Shown here: one piece after another, positions 35,288-44,792 of the stretch | Layout: each line of letters opens with the position of its first letter | Position numbering within the stretch: position 1 is the first letter of the stretch | The notes under the pieces: model-generated | What the model saw: only the letters and a program-made list of their open reading frames with translations | Told to the model about the DNA's origin: nothing | The model's database searches: none | Translations under genes and position numbers: made by a program | NCBI GenBank assembly: GCA_031409335.1 | Contig: JANNWY010000083.1 | Coordinates: 94,692-158,691, forward strand | DNA: 64,000 bases | Reading direction: 5' to 3' | Origin: Chthoniobacteraceae bacterium | Lineage (GTDB): Bacteria; Verrucomicrobiota; Verrucomicrobiia; Chthoniobacterales; Chthoniobacteraceae

Positions 35288-36258
35288 GCGACCCGGCAGA
35301 GCCAGCAACGGAACCAGCGTCATCGAACGTCGAAAGCCCGCCGGTCTTTCGCATGAATGGCGACAGGATGCATGGGTTCGACGCATCCAGTGTTGCGCGC
35401 TTCGACTTTCGGAATCCCGACTTTGTCAGCCAGGCAGATCTGCGCATGCTGAACGGAATGCACGCCAGTTTCGTGCAGCATCTTTCGGCGAGGCTTTCGA
35501 CATTCATCCGCATGGAGTGCGGGCTCAAGATTGTCGAATTCACCACCAAACCGTTCGCGCAATTTACCGGGTCGCTCGCCGCAAATGCACACGTCACGCT
35601 GTTTGAAACCGCACCGCTGACCGGCGTCGGCATCGTCGCCATCGCCCTGCCGCTCGGCCTCGCGATGGCCGACCGGCTGCTCGGTGGAAAAGGCCGCACC
35701 CCCGCGGGAGAACGCACGCTGACCGAGATCGAAATTTCGCTGCTGGATGATGTGGTAATGGTCGCGCTGGAGGAATGGGCCGGGCTTTGGGAGGCCGAAA
35801 ACGCGGGCATGAAATCGGAGTGCATCGGCCACGAAACTGGCGGGCGCTTTCTGCAAACCACCGCGCCGGACACATCGACGATCGTTACCGAGATTGATCT
35901 GACCATTGGCGAGCAGGTCGAGAAGCTGCTTTTCGGCATTCCCTTTCCGATGATCGAAACGATGCTGCGGCACCGACAGAACGCACAGCCAAGGGCGGCG
36001 GATTCCGCACCGAAAAAGCTCCAGTGGCGCGCGTCGTTCTCCGGCATCGCGGTGCCGGTTTCCGCGGAGTGGAGACTAAACGACCTGCCACTCAGCGAGG
36101 TGATGCGTTTTAAGGAAGGCCAGGTGCTGGAGCTTTCGCGCGACCTCATTTCAGACACGCGGATTCGCTTTTCAAACACCGAGGAATTTGTCGGCACCGC
36201 GGGAGTCCAGAGCGGCCGGATCGCGGTGCAACTTACCAAACAGATCGTCAAAGACTAA
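35284..36258 (+). CDS. fliM: Flagellar switch protein FliM (divergent)
   Basis: FDFRNP, DRLLGGKG, RTLTEIE, C-terminal SpoA domain; no LSQxEIDxLL. Confidence 0.88.
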   Translation: MSDPAEPATEPASSNVESPPVFRMNGDRMHGFDASSVARFDFRNPDFVSQADLRMLNGMHASFVQHLSARLSTFIRMECGLKIVEFTTKPFAQFTGSLAANAHVTLFETAPLTGVGIVAIALPLGLAMADRLLGGKGRTPAGERTLTEIEISLLDDVVMVALEEWAGLWEAENAGMKSECIGHETGGRFLQTTAPDTSTIVTEIDLTIGEQVEKLLFGIPFPMIETMLRHRQNAQPRAADSAPKKLQWRASFSGIAVPVSAEWRLNDLPLSEVMRFKEGQVLELSRDLISDTRIRFSNTEEFVGTAGVQSGRIAVQLTKQIVKD

Positions 36259-36263
36259 GCGCC

Positions 36264-36524
36264 ATGGTGAACCTGCTCGAAGATCAAAGACTTAACAGCG
36301 TGCTGGATGTGAAAGTGCAGCTCGCGATCCGGCTCGGCTCTTGCAAACTCGCGATGCGCGATGTGCTGGAACTGAATACGGGCGCGATCATCCAGCTCGA
36401 TCAGCGCGCGAATGATCCGGTCGGAGTCTATGTGAACGACAAGCTCATCGCCGTCGGTGAGGTGATCGTGGTGGACGAAAATTTTGGGATCAAGATCACG
36501 CAACTCATCGGGGAGCAGTCGTGA
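36264..36524 (+). CDS. fliN: Flagellar switch protein FliN
   Basis: VLDVKVQL..RLG, GEVIVVDENFGIKIT; SpoA domain only. Confidence 0.93.
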   Translation: MVNLLEDQRLNSVLDVKVQLAIRLGSCKLAMRDVLELNTGAIIQLDQRANDPVGVYVNDKLIAVGEVIVVDENFGIKITQLIGEQS

Positions 36525-36922
36525 AGGCTTGGTTGTCCGCCGCGTTTTGGATCGTGGCAATGCCCGCGGTTCGCGCGGCTGGCGAAACCAGTGCCGGGGC
36601 GGCTCCACTGGCGCTGACGGCCGGGGATGGCGGCACGTTTCAACTCGTCATCTATCTCGTGCTGTTGCTGTCGGTTTTCGCTGGCGGTGCCTTTTTGCTT
36701 CGCAATGGCTTCACCCTTTTTCAGCCAAAGATGAAAGGCGAACGGAAGCTGGAAATCAGCGAAACGCGGATGCTGGGGAACCGACAGTTCCTCGTTGTGG
36801 CGGCTTACGAGGACCGGAAGATTTTGATCGGTGTTTGTCCGGGGCGGATCGACTACCTCTGCACGCTCGCGGGCGCGGAGCCGGAGTTTCCGAGCATTGC
36901 ACTGGAGAAAAGCGATGCGTGA
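36521..36922 (+). CDS. fliO: Flagellar biosynthesis protein FliO
   Basis: TM followed by LEISETRMLGNRQFLVV...ILIGV; lies between fliN and fliP. Confidence 0.8.
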   Translation: MKAWLSAAFWIVAMPAVRAAGETSAGAAPLALTAGDGGTFQLVIYLVLLLSVFAGGAFLLRNGFTLFQPKMKGERKLEISETRMLGNRQFLVVAAYEDRKILIGVCPGRIDYLCTLAGAEPEFPSIALEKSDA

Positions 36923-37706
36923 AAAGTTTCATCGCTGCGCCAGCATCGCGCTGCTGTTGCTCGCGCTTCTCGTGCTGGCCACGCCAGCTTCGGCGCAGGA
37001 CACGACGATCCCGACCCCACCGCCTGCCCCCGCTGCCGCGCCTGCGCTGAGCATCAATCTCGGCGGCTCCGAGCAGGGCAGCGTGGCGACTGCGATTCAG
37101 ATCGTCGTGGTGATGACCGTAATGACGCTGGCACCGTCCATCCTCGTGCTGATGACCAGTTTCACCCGCATCGTGATCGTGCTCGGATTTGTCCGCAGCG
37201 CGATCGGCGTGCAGGGCGCGCCATCGAATCAAGTGCTCGTCGGCATGTCGCTCTTCCTCACGTTTTTCATCATGGCTCCGATCGGGAAACAGATCAACGA
37301 AGAGGCGCTCCAGCCATACATGGAAAAGAAGCTCACGACTTCGGAAGCGTGGGACAAAGCCAGCGGGCCGCTGCGCACTTTCATGATGAAACAGACGCGC
37401 CCGAGCGAGGTGGATTTCTTTCTCGGCCTCGCGGGGCAAGGCCCGACGAAAGCGGAGGAAGTGCCGATGAACGTGATCGCGCCCGCCTTCGTCATCAGCG
37501 AATTGCGCACCGCGTTTCAGATGGGTTTCCTCGTGTATATCCCGTTCCTGATCGTCGATTTCCTCGTCGCTTCCACGCTCATGTCGATGGGTATGATGAT
37601 GATGCCGCCGGTGATGATTTCGCTGCCTTTCAAACTGCTGCTTTTCGTCCTCGTGGATGGGTGGCATCTCGTCGTGCGTTCACTCGTGGAAAGTTTTGGC
37701 GTATGA
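36915..37706 (+). CDS. fliP: Export gate protein FliP
   Basis: MTSFTRIVIVL, PAFVISELRTAFQMGF, MGMMMMPP, LPFKLLLFVLVDGW. Confidence 0.96.
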   Translation: MREKFHRCASIALLLLALLVLATPASAQDTTIPTPPPAPAAAPALSINLGGSEQGSVATAIQIVVVMTVMTLAPSILVLMTSFTRIVIVLGFVRSAIGVQGAPSNQVLVGMSLFLTFFIMAPIGKQINEEALQPYMEKKLTTSEAWDKASGPLRTFMMKQTRPSEVDFFLGLAGQGPTKAEEVPMNVIAPAFVISELRTAFQMGFLVYIPFLIVDFLVASTLMSMGMMMMPPVMISLPFKLLLFVLVDGWHLVVRSLVESFGV

Positions 37707-37972
37707 ACATGGAGCAAGCCATCGAGGTCCTGCGCCAGCTCGTCACCACATCGCTGCTGGTGGTGAGCCCGATCCTGCTCGGTTCTCTCATCGTTGGGCT
37801 CGTCGTGAGCCTGCTGCAATCGGTGACGAGCATCCAGGAGCAGACGCTTTCATTTGTGCCGAAGCTACTCGCCGTCTCGCTCGTGATCGTGCTGGGCGCG
37901 CCTTGGATTCTGCGCCAGCTCATGCAGTTCACGATCACTTATTTCTCGCGGCTACCGGATATGGTCCGATGA
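37703..37972 (+). CDS. fliQ: Export gate protein FliQ
   Basis: GLVVSLLQSVTSIQEQTLSFVPKL. Confidence 0.95.
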   Translation: MNMEQAIEVLRQLVTTSLLVVSPILLGSLIVGLVVSLLQSVTSIQEQTLSFVPKLLAVSLVIVLGAPWILRQLMQFTITYFSRLPDMVR

Positions 37973-37980
37973 AAAACCGG

Positions 37981-38078
37981 ATCGTCTCATCCTCGATCTT
38001 CCTGTTTCTCTCCCTCTTTATCTTCCTCCGTGTTGATGAACTGAGAGGAAGATCGCGAGGAAAAGCAAGAGGAAGAAA
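37981..38078. repeat. Degenerate pyrimidine-arm/purine-arm inverted simple repeat between fliQ and fliR
   Basis: TCTTCC-like units followed by GAGGAA-like units. Confidence 0.5.
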
Positions 38079-38087
38079 CTGACCGCG

Positions 38088-38840
38088 ATGAGCATCGAGC
38101 AGCTCTACTTCTGGATGATGGCGTTCATCCGGGCCACCGGGTTGTTGGTGATGACGCCGGTGTTTTCCGGGAAAACGATTCCGGTGCCGGTGCGCCTCGC
38201 GATTGCCGCGTTCCTCGCATACGCTGCGGGTGGCTTTGTGAAAGTGCAAGTGGCCCTGCCCGGCGACGAGCTGGCGCTGATCCTTGGCTCGTTTCATGAG
38301 TTGATGACTGGCCTGCTGATGGGCCTCGCAGTGCGGCTGGTTTTTTACGCGATCGAGATCGCCGGACAGATCATCTCGACGGAAATCGGCCTCGTGATGA
38401 GTTCGCAAGTCGATCCGGTTTCACAGAACAGCTCGACCTCGATTGGCACCGCGCTCTTCTATCTTGGCTCGCTGCTGTTTCTCATCTCCGGCGCGCATCA
38501 CGCGGTGTTTGCCGCGTTCCTGCGGAGCTTTGCCCTGTCCCCGCCAGGCTCCGTCGGTCTTGCCAGTTCGGCGGGGGAAGTTTTCGTCCGCAGCAGCGGC
38601 AATATTTTCCTCATCGCCGTGCAAATGGCCGCACCGATCCTTGCCGTAAATTTCGTGGTGACGCTGAGTTTTGCGATCCTCGGAAAAGCCGCGCCGAGCA
38701 TGAATGTATTCTCGGAAAGTTTTGCCGCGCGCATCCTCGCGGGACTCGCGCTGCTGGGGCTCACGATGGGGCTGACGGCACAACTGGTGCTGAGTCATTT
38801 CCAGAATGCGCCGGAGTTGATGCTCCGGCTCATCCCGTGA
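38088..38840 (+). CDS. fliR: Export gate protein FliR
   Basis: FIRATG...PVF, AGQIIS..IGL, LGKAAPSMNVF. Confidence 0.93.
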   Translation: MSIEQLYFWMMAFIRATGLLVMTPVFSGKTIPVPVRLAIAAFLAYAAGGFVKVQVALPGDELALILGSFHELMTGLLMGLAVRLVFYAIEIAGQIISTEIGLVMSSQVDPVSQNSSTSIGTALFYLGSLLFLISGAHHAVFAAFLRSFALSPPGSVGLASSAGEVFVRSSGNIFLIAVQMAAPILAVNFVVTLSFAILGKAAPSMNVFSESFAARILAGLALLGLTMGLTAQLVLSHFQNAPELMLRLIP

Positions 38841-38850
38841 CCGCGCAGCC

Positions 38851-39939
38851 ATGTCCGACCAGGTAAAAACCGAACAGCCCACAGAAAAACGCCTCCGCGA
38901 CGCCACGGAGGAAGGGCAGTTCGCGCGCACGCCGGATTTGCAGGTCGTGTTCATCCTCATCGCCGCGTTCTTCGTCATCGGCTTTGGCTCGCGGGAATAC
39001 TCGGAGCGCATCGCCGGGATCAGCGTCGGGATTTTCGCGCATCTCGGAAAATACTCGATCAAGCCCGAGGCGATCGGCGAGTGGAGCGGCATCGTCGCGC
39101 AGACGATGCTGGGTTTGATCCTTCCGATCGCGGTCGCGTGCGCGATCGCCTCGGCGATTGCGGGCGGCTTGCAGAGCCGCTTTCAACTCACGCCGAAAGC
39201 GATGGATTTCAAATGGTCGCGAATCGATCCGTTCGCCGGCTTCCAGCGCATCTTTTCCTCGCAGGCATGGGTGAAACTCGGGACCGATGCGCTGAAGCTG
39301 ATCGTCATCGGACTCGCGCTGTGGAGCGCCCTGAAGACGGCGATGAGTGATCCGCTTTTCTACACGCCCGTCGCGGTGCATCGGCTCGGCAGTTTCATTT
39401 CGAGCACGGCGAGCACGCTGCTCGGCCGCTTCATCCTCGCGCTCGGGGCGATCGCGACCGCGAACTATCTTTTTTCACTCCGCAAAACGAACACCGATCT
39501 GATGATGACGCGCGAAGAAATCAAGGAGGAGAGTCGGCAGTCGGAGGGCGATCCGAAATTGAAAGCCGCGCTGCGCCAGATGGCGCGCCGCCTCATGCAA
39601 AAACAAATGCTCGCGGGAGTGCCGACCGCCGACGTGGTGGTGACGAATCCGACGCACTTTGCCGTGGCTTTGAAATACGAGCGCGGAAAGGACAAGGCTC
39701 CGCTGGTGCTCGCGAAAGGTGAAGGCGCGTTTGCGCGGCGCATCAAGGATCTCGCGGCGGAACACGACGTGCCGATGATCGAGAACAAACCGGTGGCGCG
39801 GATGCTTTTCAAAGTCGGGCGCGTGGGGAAGCCGGTGCCGGTCGAGCTTTACCAGGCGGTCGCGGATATTCTCGCGTTTGTTTATAAGACGCATCGTTAT
39901 TACTTCCATCGGTTGAAGGAGAGGAGGGCTGAGGGATGA
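38851..39939 (+). CDS. flhB: Export switch protein FlhB
   Basis: KTEQPTEKRL, EGDP, autocleavage motif NPTH, APLVLAKG. Confidence 0.95.
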   Translation: MSDQVKTEQPTEKRLRDATEEGQFARTPDLQVVFILIAAFFVIGFGSREYSERIAGISVGIFAHLGKYSIKPEAIGEWSGIVAQTMLGLILPIAVACAIASAIAGGLQSRFQLTPKAMDFKWSRIDPFAGFQRIFSSQAWVKLGTDALKLIVIGLALWSALKTAMSDPLFYTPVAVHRLGSFISSTASTLLGRFILALGAIATANYLFSLRKTNTDLMMTREEIKEESRQSEGDPKLKAALRQMARRLMQKQMLAGVPTADVVVTNPTHFAVALKYERGKDKAPLVLAKGEGAFARRIKDLAAEHDVPMIENKPVARMLFKVGRVGKPVPVELYQAVADILAFVYKTHRYYFHRLKERRAEG

Positions 39940-39968
39940 GCGGCGGTTGTTCTGAATTTCGAGGCACG

Positions 39969-40106
<138 letters not shown>

Positions 40107-40126
40107 CCGGCACTTGGAGGACGGCG

Positions 40127-42247
40127 ATGAACTTTTCCGCCCACCTCAGCAACGCCACCAAGTCCCTAAAAAAAGGCGACCTGCTTTTCGTCTTCGCACT
40201 CGTCGGCACGATCGTGCTGCTCGTGATGCCGGTCCCGGCGCTGCTGCTCGATCTCCTGCTCGCCGCCAGCATCGGCATCTCGCTGCTGATCCTGCTCATC
40301 ATCATTTACGTGAAGGACCCGCCGGAGTTTTCCGGATTTCCCACGCTGCTGCTCGCCGTCACGCTTTACCGCCTCGCGCTGAACGTGGCCTCGACGCGGC
40401 TGATCCTCGGCGACGGCCATGCGGGCCAGATCATCGACGCCTTCGGGCACTTCGTGATTCGCGGAAATTACGTCGTCGGCGCGGTCGTGTTTTTGATTCT
40501 CGTCGTGATCAATTTCATGGTCATCACCAAGGGCGCGGGCCGCATCGCGGAAGTTGCGGCGCGTTTCACCCTCGACGCGATGCCCGGAAAACAGATGGCG
40601 ATCGACGCGGAGTTGAACGCGGGAATCATCGACGAGGCAACCGCTACGAAGCGGCGCGTGAAGGTTCAGAAAGAAGCGGACTTTTACGGCGCGATGGACG
40701 GTTCGAGCAAATTCGTGCGCGGCGATGCCGTCGCGGGAATTCTCATCACGCTCATCAATATTCTCGGCGGCTTCGCGATCGGCATCGTGCAGAAGGGAAT
40801 GCCCGTCGTCGAAGCACTGCAGAAATACACGCTGCTCTCGATCGGCGACGGTCTCGTGACGCAAGTGCCCGCGCTGGTCGTCAGCGTCGCCGCCGGCATC
40901 CTCGTCACGCGCGCGAGCGAGGATTCGAATCTCGGTGCGCACATCAGCAAACAGCTCACGCTTTACCCGCGCGCACTCGCGATCGCCGCTGGCATCATGG
41001 CCTGCTTCAGCATCATGCCGGGGATGCCGATGCTGCCGTTCGCGCTGCTCGCGGGGACCAGCGGATTTGTCGCGTGGTCATTGCGAAAATCACGCGCCGC
41101 AACCGCACTCGCCGCTGCCACGGATGCCCTGAAACCGTCGGCGATCGGCAGCAAACTCGGCGCGGACACGGCCGCGAAACCCGCGGATGAATTCAAGAAA
41201 CTGATCGAGGTGGACATCTTCGCAATCGAACTCGGCACCGGCCTGCTGCATCTCGCGGAGAAAAAGAACGGCGGCGATTTGCTCGATCGCGTGACGGGCG
41301 TGCGCAAGACCTTCGCACGCGAAGTGGGCGTCATCGTTCCGCCGATCGCGATTCGCGATAATCTCGAACTCGAATCGCAGGAATACCGTTTCCTCCTTCG
41401 CGGCAAGGAACTCGCGCGCGGCACGATCCTGCCGAATCGCTGGCTGGCAATGAACGTGACGAACAGCCCCGTGCCGCTGAAAGGCGTCGCGACCGTCGAG
41501 CCCGTGTTCGGGATCAACGCGACGTGGATCGGCGAGGAGGAAAAGCGCGCGGCGGAAATCCACGGCTACACCGTCGTCGATCCTGGCTCGGTGTTGATCA
41601 CGCATCTTTCGGAGACGGTGAAACGCTCGTCGCATCTCATCCTCGGACGGCAGGACGTGCAGACGCTCGTCGATCATATGAAGGAATCGAACCCGACGCT
41701 CGTCAGCGAACTGATCCCGGACTTGGTGAATGTCGGCATCATCCAGCGCGTCCTGCAAAATCTTTTGCGCGAAGGCGTCTCGATCAAAAATCTCGCGGTC
41801 ATCATGGAATGCATCGCGGATTTTGCCCCGGTCTCGAAGAATCCCGACGACCTTTCCGAGCAGGTGCGCCGCCGGCTCGGCGTGTATTTCATCGCCGACT
41901 ACGAGAGCGAACCCGGCGTGGTGAAAGCGCTCACGCTCGATCCGCGGCTCGAGCAAATGCTGATGCAAAAAGTGCAGCGCAATCAATTCGACGTGGGCCT
42001 CGTCATCGATCCGCAAACCGCGCAGCACCTTTTGAATGAACTCACGCAACGCATGACCGACATGACCGAGCAGGGGCTCAGCCCCGTGCTCATCACGACC
42101 GCGGAATTGCGCCTCGCGTTCCGCCGTTTTTTCGAGCCGTCCCTCTCGAAACTCAGCGTGCTTTCGTATCAGGAACTGCCTTCACAAACTGAGATTCAAA
42201 ACTTCGGCATCATCACAATGCCGATCCACCTGCAAAAGGCGGCATGA
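40127..42247 (+). CDS. flhA: Export apparatus protein FlhA
   Basis: ATG 40127 after GGAGG; FPTLLL, LALNVASTRLIL, EVAARFTLDAMPGKQMAIDAEL, FYGAMDGSSKFVRGDA. Confidence 0.96.
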   Translation: MNFSAHLSNATKSLKKGDLLFVFALVGTIVLLVMPVPALLLDLLLAASIGISLLILLIIIYVKDPPEFSGFPTLLLAVTLYRLALNVASTRLILGDGHAGQIIDAFGHFVIRGNYVVGAVVFLILVVINFMVITKGAGRIAEVAARFTLDAMPGKQMAIDAELNAGIIDEATATKRRVKVQKEADFYGAMDGSSKFVRGDAVAGILITLINILGGFAIGIVQKGMPVVEALQKYTLLSIGDGLVTQVPALVVSVAAGILVTRASEDSNLGAHISKQLTLYPRALAIAAGIMACFSIMPGMPMLPFALLAGTSGFVAWSLRKSRAATALAAATDALKPSAIGSKLGADTAAKPADEFKKLIEVDIFAIELGTGLLHLAEKKNGGDLLDRVTGVRKTFAREVGVIVPPIAIRDNLELESQEYRFLLRGKELARGTILPNRWLAMNVTNSPVPLKGVATVEPVFGINATWIGEEEKRAAEIHGYTVVDPGSVLITHLSETVKRSSHLILGRQDVQTLVDHMKESNPTLVSELIPDLVNVGIIQRVLQNLLREGVSIKNLAVIMECIADFAPVSKNPDDLSEQVRRRLGVYFIADYESEPGVVKALTLDPRLEQMLMQKVQRNQFDVGLVIDPQTAQHLLNELTQRMTDMTEQGLSPVLITTAELRLAFRRFFEPSLSKLSVLSYQELPSQTEIQNFGIITMPIHLQKAA

Positions 42248-42263
42248 GGGCGGTTCGTTTTCA

Positions 42264-42463
42264 GTGCGCCAACGGCGCTGCACATCTCAGCCCAGGGCAC
42301 CGCCCTGGGTTGCGCACATTGAAAGAACGAGCCCTGAAGGGGCGGCGCAATGGTTCGTCACGCATTGTTTCGCCCCTTCAGGGCTGTGCGATTTTTCATC
42401 CAAAACCCAGGGCTTTGCCCAGGGCTTTGCCCTGGGCTGAGATGTGTAGCGCCGTTGGCGCAC
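42264..42463. repeat. 200-bp REPIN-like inverted repeat with three nested hairpins per arm
   Basis: GTGCGCCAACGGCGC..ACATCTCAGCCCAGGGC..GCCCTGGGTT..GCCCTGAAGGGGCG mirrored on the right arm. Confidence 0.85.
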
Positions 42464-42488
42464 CGGAGCGGACGACTCGTCTTTATCC

Positions 42489-43532
42489 ATGACTGAACAG
42501 CGTTTTCGTTTTGTAGTAAGTTCTGCGGAGGAAGCCGTGACCGTCCTCCGCGAACGGCTCGGGGAAAACGCGCGCGTCGTTTCCGTGCGGCAGGTCGAGG
42601 GCACGGGGCTCGCCCGTTTTCTTCAGGCTCCGAAGCTGGAAGTCATCGCGGAAAAATCGCCAGCAAAGCCAGCCGCGGAAACTCCCGCAGCGCCCGAACC
42701 GCCTGCGGGCACCGAACCGCCGCACTTTCCCGAGATCGCCGCAGCCGAGCCTGCTCCGGCGGGAAACCCCCTGGCGCGGCTGCTGCACGCGGGTGGCATG
42801 TCGCCTCAGATTCTCGCGCGCCTGCGCAGCGAATCGGACTGGGCATCCCTCGAAACGCTGCCTCCCGGCGCTGCGCTCGCGCGCATCGGGGTGGCCTTGC
42901 GTGAGCGATTCCGCGCGCGCCCGCGTCGCGAACTCGGGAGCCGGATCGCGTTTCTCGGGAGTCCCGGCGCGGGCACCACGTCCGCGCTTTGCAAATGGCT
43001 CGCGACCGAAGTTTTCGTGCGCCAGCGGCGCGGCGTCGTGCTGAAGCTCGATCTCGATCGCGCCAATCCCGGCGACGCGCTCAGCGTCTTCTGCGACGCG
43101 CTCGGGGTGCAATGCGTGCGCTCGATCCCCGATGTGCCCGCGCTCGCGCCGAACGAATCGCTTTTCATCGACGTGCCAGGCGTCCTGCAAGGCAGCGCGG
43201 AGGAAACCGCGGAATTGACCACCGCGCTCGACCCACTTTTCACGACCGCGCGCATCATGGTCATCAACGCCGCCTACGATGCCGCTTTGATCAAACGCTC
43301 CTATGAATTTGCCGAACGCACAGGCTGCACCCACGTGGTTTTCACTCATCTCGATGAGCTGACCCAGTGGGGCAAACTGTGGGATTTCCTTCTCGGCTCC
43401 AGTCTCACGCCGCTCTTCCTCAGCACCGGGCCAAATATTGCCGGTGATCTTGAGGAGAACGTTTTCGACGCAGTGCTTGCGCAGACCTTCCCGGAAGGTG
43501 GTGCGCAAACTGCTGAAAACATCGGCAAATAA
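42489..43532 (+). CDS. flhF: FlhF-like SRP-GTPase with degenerate G motifs
   Basis: N-terminal ERLGENARVVSVRQV; G1 GSPGAGTTS, G3 DVPG, G4 THLDE; follows flhA. Confidence 0.8.
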   Translation: MTEQRFRFVVSSAEEAVTVLRERLGENARVVSVRQVEGTGLARFLQAPKLEVIAEKSPAKPAAETPAAPEPPAGTEPPHFPEIAAAEPAPAGNPLARLLHAGGMSPQILARLRSESDWASLETLPPGAALARIGVALRERFRARPRRELGSRIAFLGSPGAGTTSALCKWLATEVFVRQRRGVVLKLDLDRANPGDALSVFCDALGVQCVRSIPDVPALAPNESLFIDVPGVLQGSAEETAELTTALDPLFTTARIMVINAAYDAALIKRSYEFAERTGCTHVVFTHLDELTQWGKLWDFLLGSSLTPLFLSTGPNIAGDLEENVFDAVLAQTFPEGGAQTAENIGK

Positions 43533-43780
43533 TGAGATTTTTCATAAGTGTCGGAGGCTCCATTGGATTCTTACTGGCACTGACCTCCAGCTTTCACGCC
43601 GGAAACGCTCCCGCATTCGCCCTCCACGACGGCGCGATCGGGTGCCTGTTTGGCGCGTTCCTTTTTCAACTCGGACACCGCGCCTATCTCACGAGTCTCC
43701 TGAGCTTCCTCGATCAACGCGCCGAAGCCATCAAACAGGCGCATCCGGTCTCCACCGAGAAAGTTCCCGTCAAATCTTGA
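43532..43780 (+). CDS. Small two-TM hypothetical protein (82 aa)
   Basis: Start overlaps the flhF stop (TAATG); two hydrophobic segments. Confidence 0.7.
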   Translation: MRFFISVGGSIGFLLALTSSFHAGNAPAFALHDGAIGCLFGAFLFQLGHRAYLTSLLSFLDQRAEAIKQAHPVSTEKVPVKS

Positions 43781-43788
43781 ATCCACCC

Positions 43789-44568
43789 ATGCTCGTCTCC
43801 GCTCCGCCTCCCAAGCGCGCCGTCCAAGCCTTGCGCGCGTACCATTCCGAGGTCAATGAAAGCGCGCTCATCGAGCGGCATCTTTCGCTTTTGAAAACCA
43901 CGGTCGATCGTATGCGCATCTACCTGCCGCCGACGCTCGACATGGAGGATCTTTACAACGTCGCCTTCACGGGCCTCGCCGCCGCCGCGCGCAAGTTCGA
44001 TCCCGGCCAGGGCGTCCCATTCAGCGCATACGCCGCGCTGCTCATCCGCGGGGCGGTGCATGATGAACTGCGGCGCATGGACTGGACGCCGCGGACGATC
44101 CGCGACAAAGCGAAGAAATTCAGCGAAAGCGTCTCCGCGCTGGAACAGCGTCTCGGCCGCCCCGCGCTCGACGAGGAAGTGTGCGACGAACTCGCGCTCG
44201 ATCGTGGCGAATACGAGGAACTGCTCGATGAGATCAAGCCCGTGAGTTTTCTCCCGCTCGATGGCGAGGCTTTCCACGACGACACGGAAAGTGTGGCCCT
44301 GCACGAGGTCATCGCGGACGACACGCAGACGACGGGTAGCGATGAGCTGCAAAAGAAAGAGCTGATGCAGCTCGTCATCAGCCAGCTCCAAAAACTGCCC
44401 GACATGCAGAAAAAAGTGCTGGCGATGTATTATCTCGAAGGCATGAGGCTCGCGGAAATCGCGGCGGTTTTCGGCGTCACCGAGGGGAGAATTTCGCAGA
44501 TCAATACGCAGGCCGTGCTGAGTCTGCGGGCATTCATCAAGCGGCAGGATACTCCGGCGGCTGCGTAG
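43789..44568 (+). CDS. fliA: RNA polymerase sigma28 (FliA/WhiG)
   Basis: FDP..GVPFSAYA..IRGAVHDELRRMDWTPR, LGRP, MYYLEGMRLAEIAAVFGVTEGRISQI. Confidence 0.93.
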   Translation: MLVSAPPPKRAVQALRAYHSEVNESALIERHLSLLKTTVDRMRIYLPPTLDMEDLYNVAFTGLAAAARKFDPGQGVPFSAYAALLIRGAVHDELRRMDWTPRTIRDKAKKFSESVSALEQRLGRPALDEEVCDELALDRGEYEELLDEIKPVSFLPLDGEAFHDDTESVALHEVIADDTQTTGSDELQKKELMQLVISQLQKLPDMQKKVLAMYYLEGMRLAEIAAVFGVTEGRISQINTQAVLSLRAFIKRQDTPAAA

Positions 44569-44595
44569 GAAGGACTCGTGTTTTTTGCGGCGTGA

Positions 44596-44693
44596 GGCCG
44601 CTGCGCGGGGCTGAACATCGAACGTCGAACATCGAACGTCCAACGTCGAAGTAGGAGTTCCCTGATTCGATGTTCGATGTTCAGCCCGCCGCA
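44596..44693. repeat. Heptamer inverted-repeat hairpin, copy 2 (inverted relative to copy 1)
   Basis: GGCCGCTGCGCGGGGCTG, five heptamers, loop, two reverse-complement heptamers, CAGCCCGCCGCA; flanks are reverse complements of the copy-1 flanks. Confidence 0.88.
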
Positions 44694-44792
44694 GGCGTCT
44701 CCGCCTTCAGGACATGCTCCTCTCGCAGACCTTTACCGCGCGCCGGGATTCCGACAAAGAGAGCGGCGCACGCCGGGTCGTGTCGTTGCACC

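Noticed and set aside
42244..42604. ORFs 42244-42492 and 42287-42604
   Set aside because: They read through the palindromic repeat and are very likely spurious.
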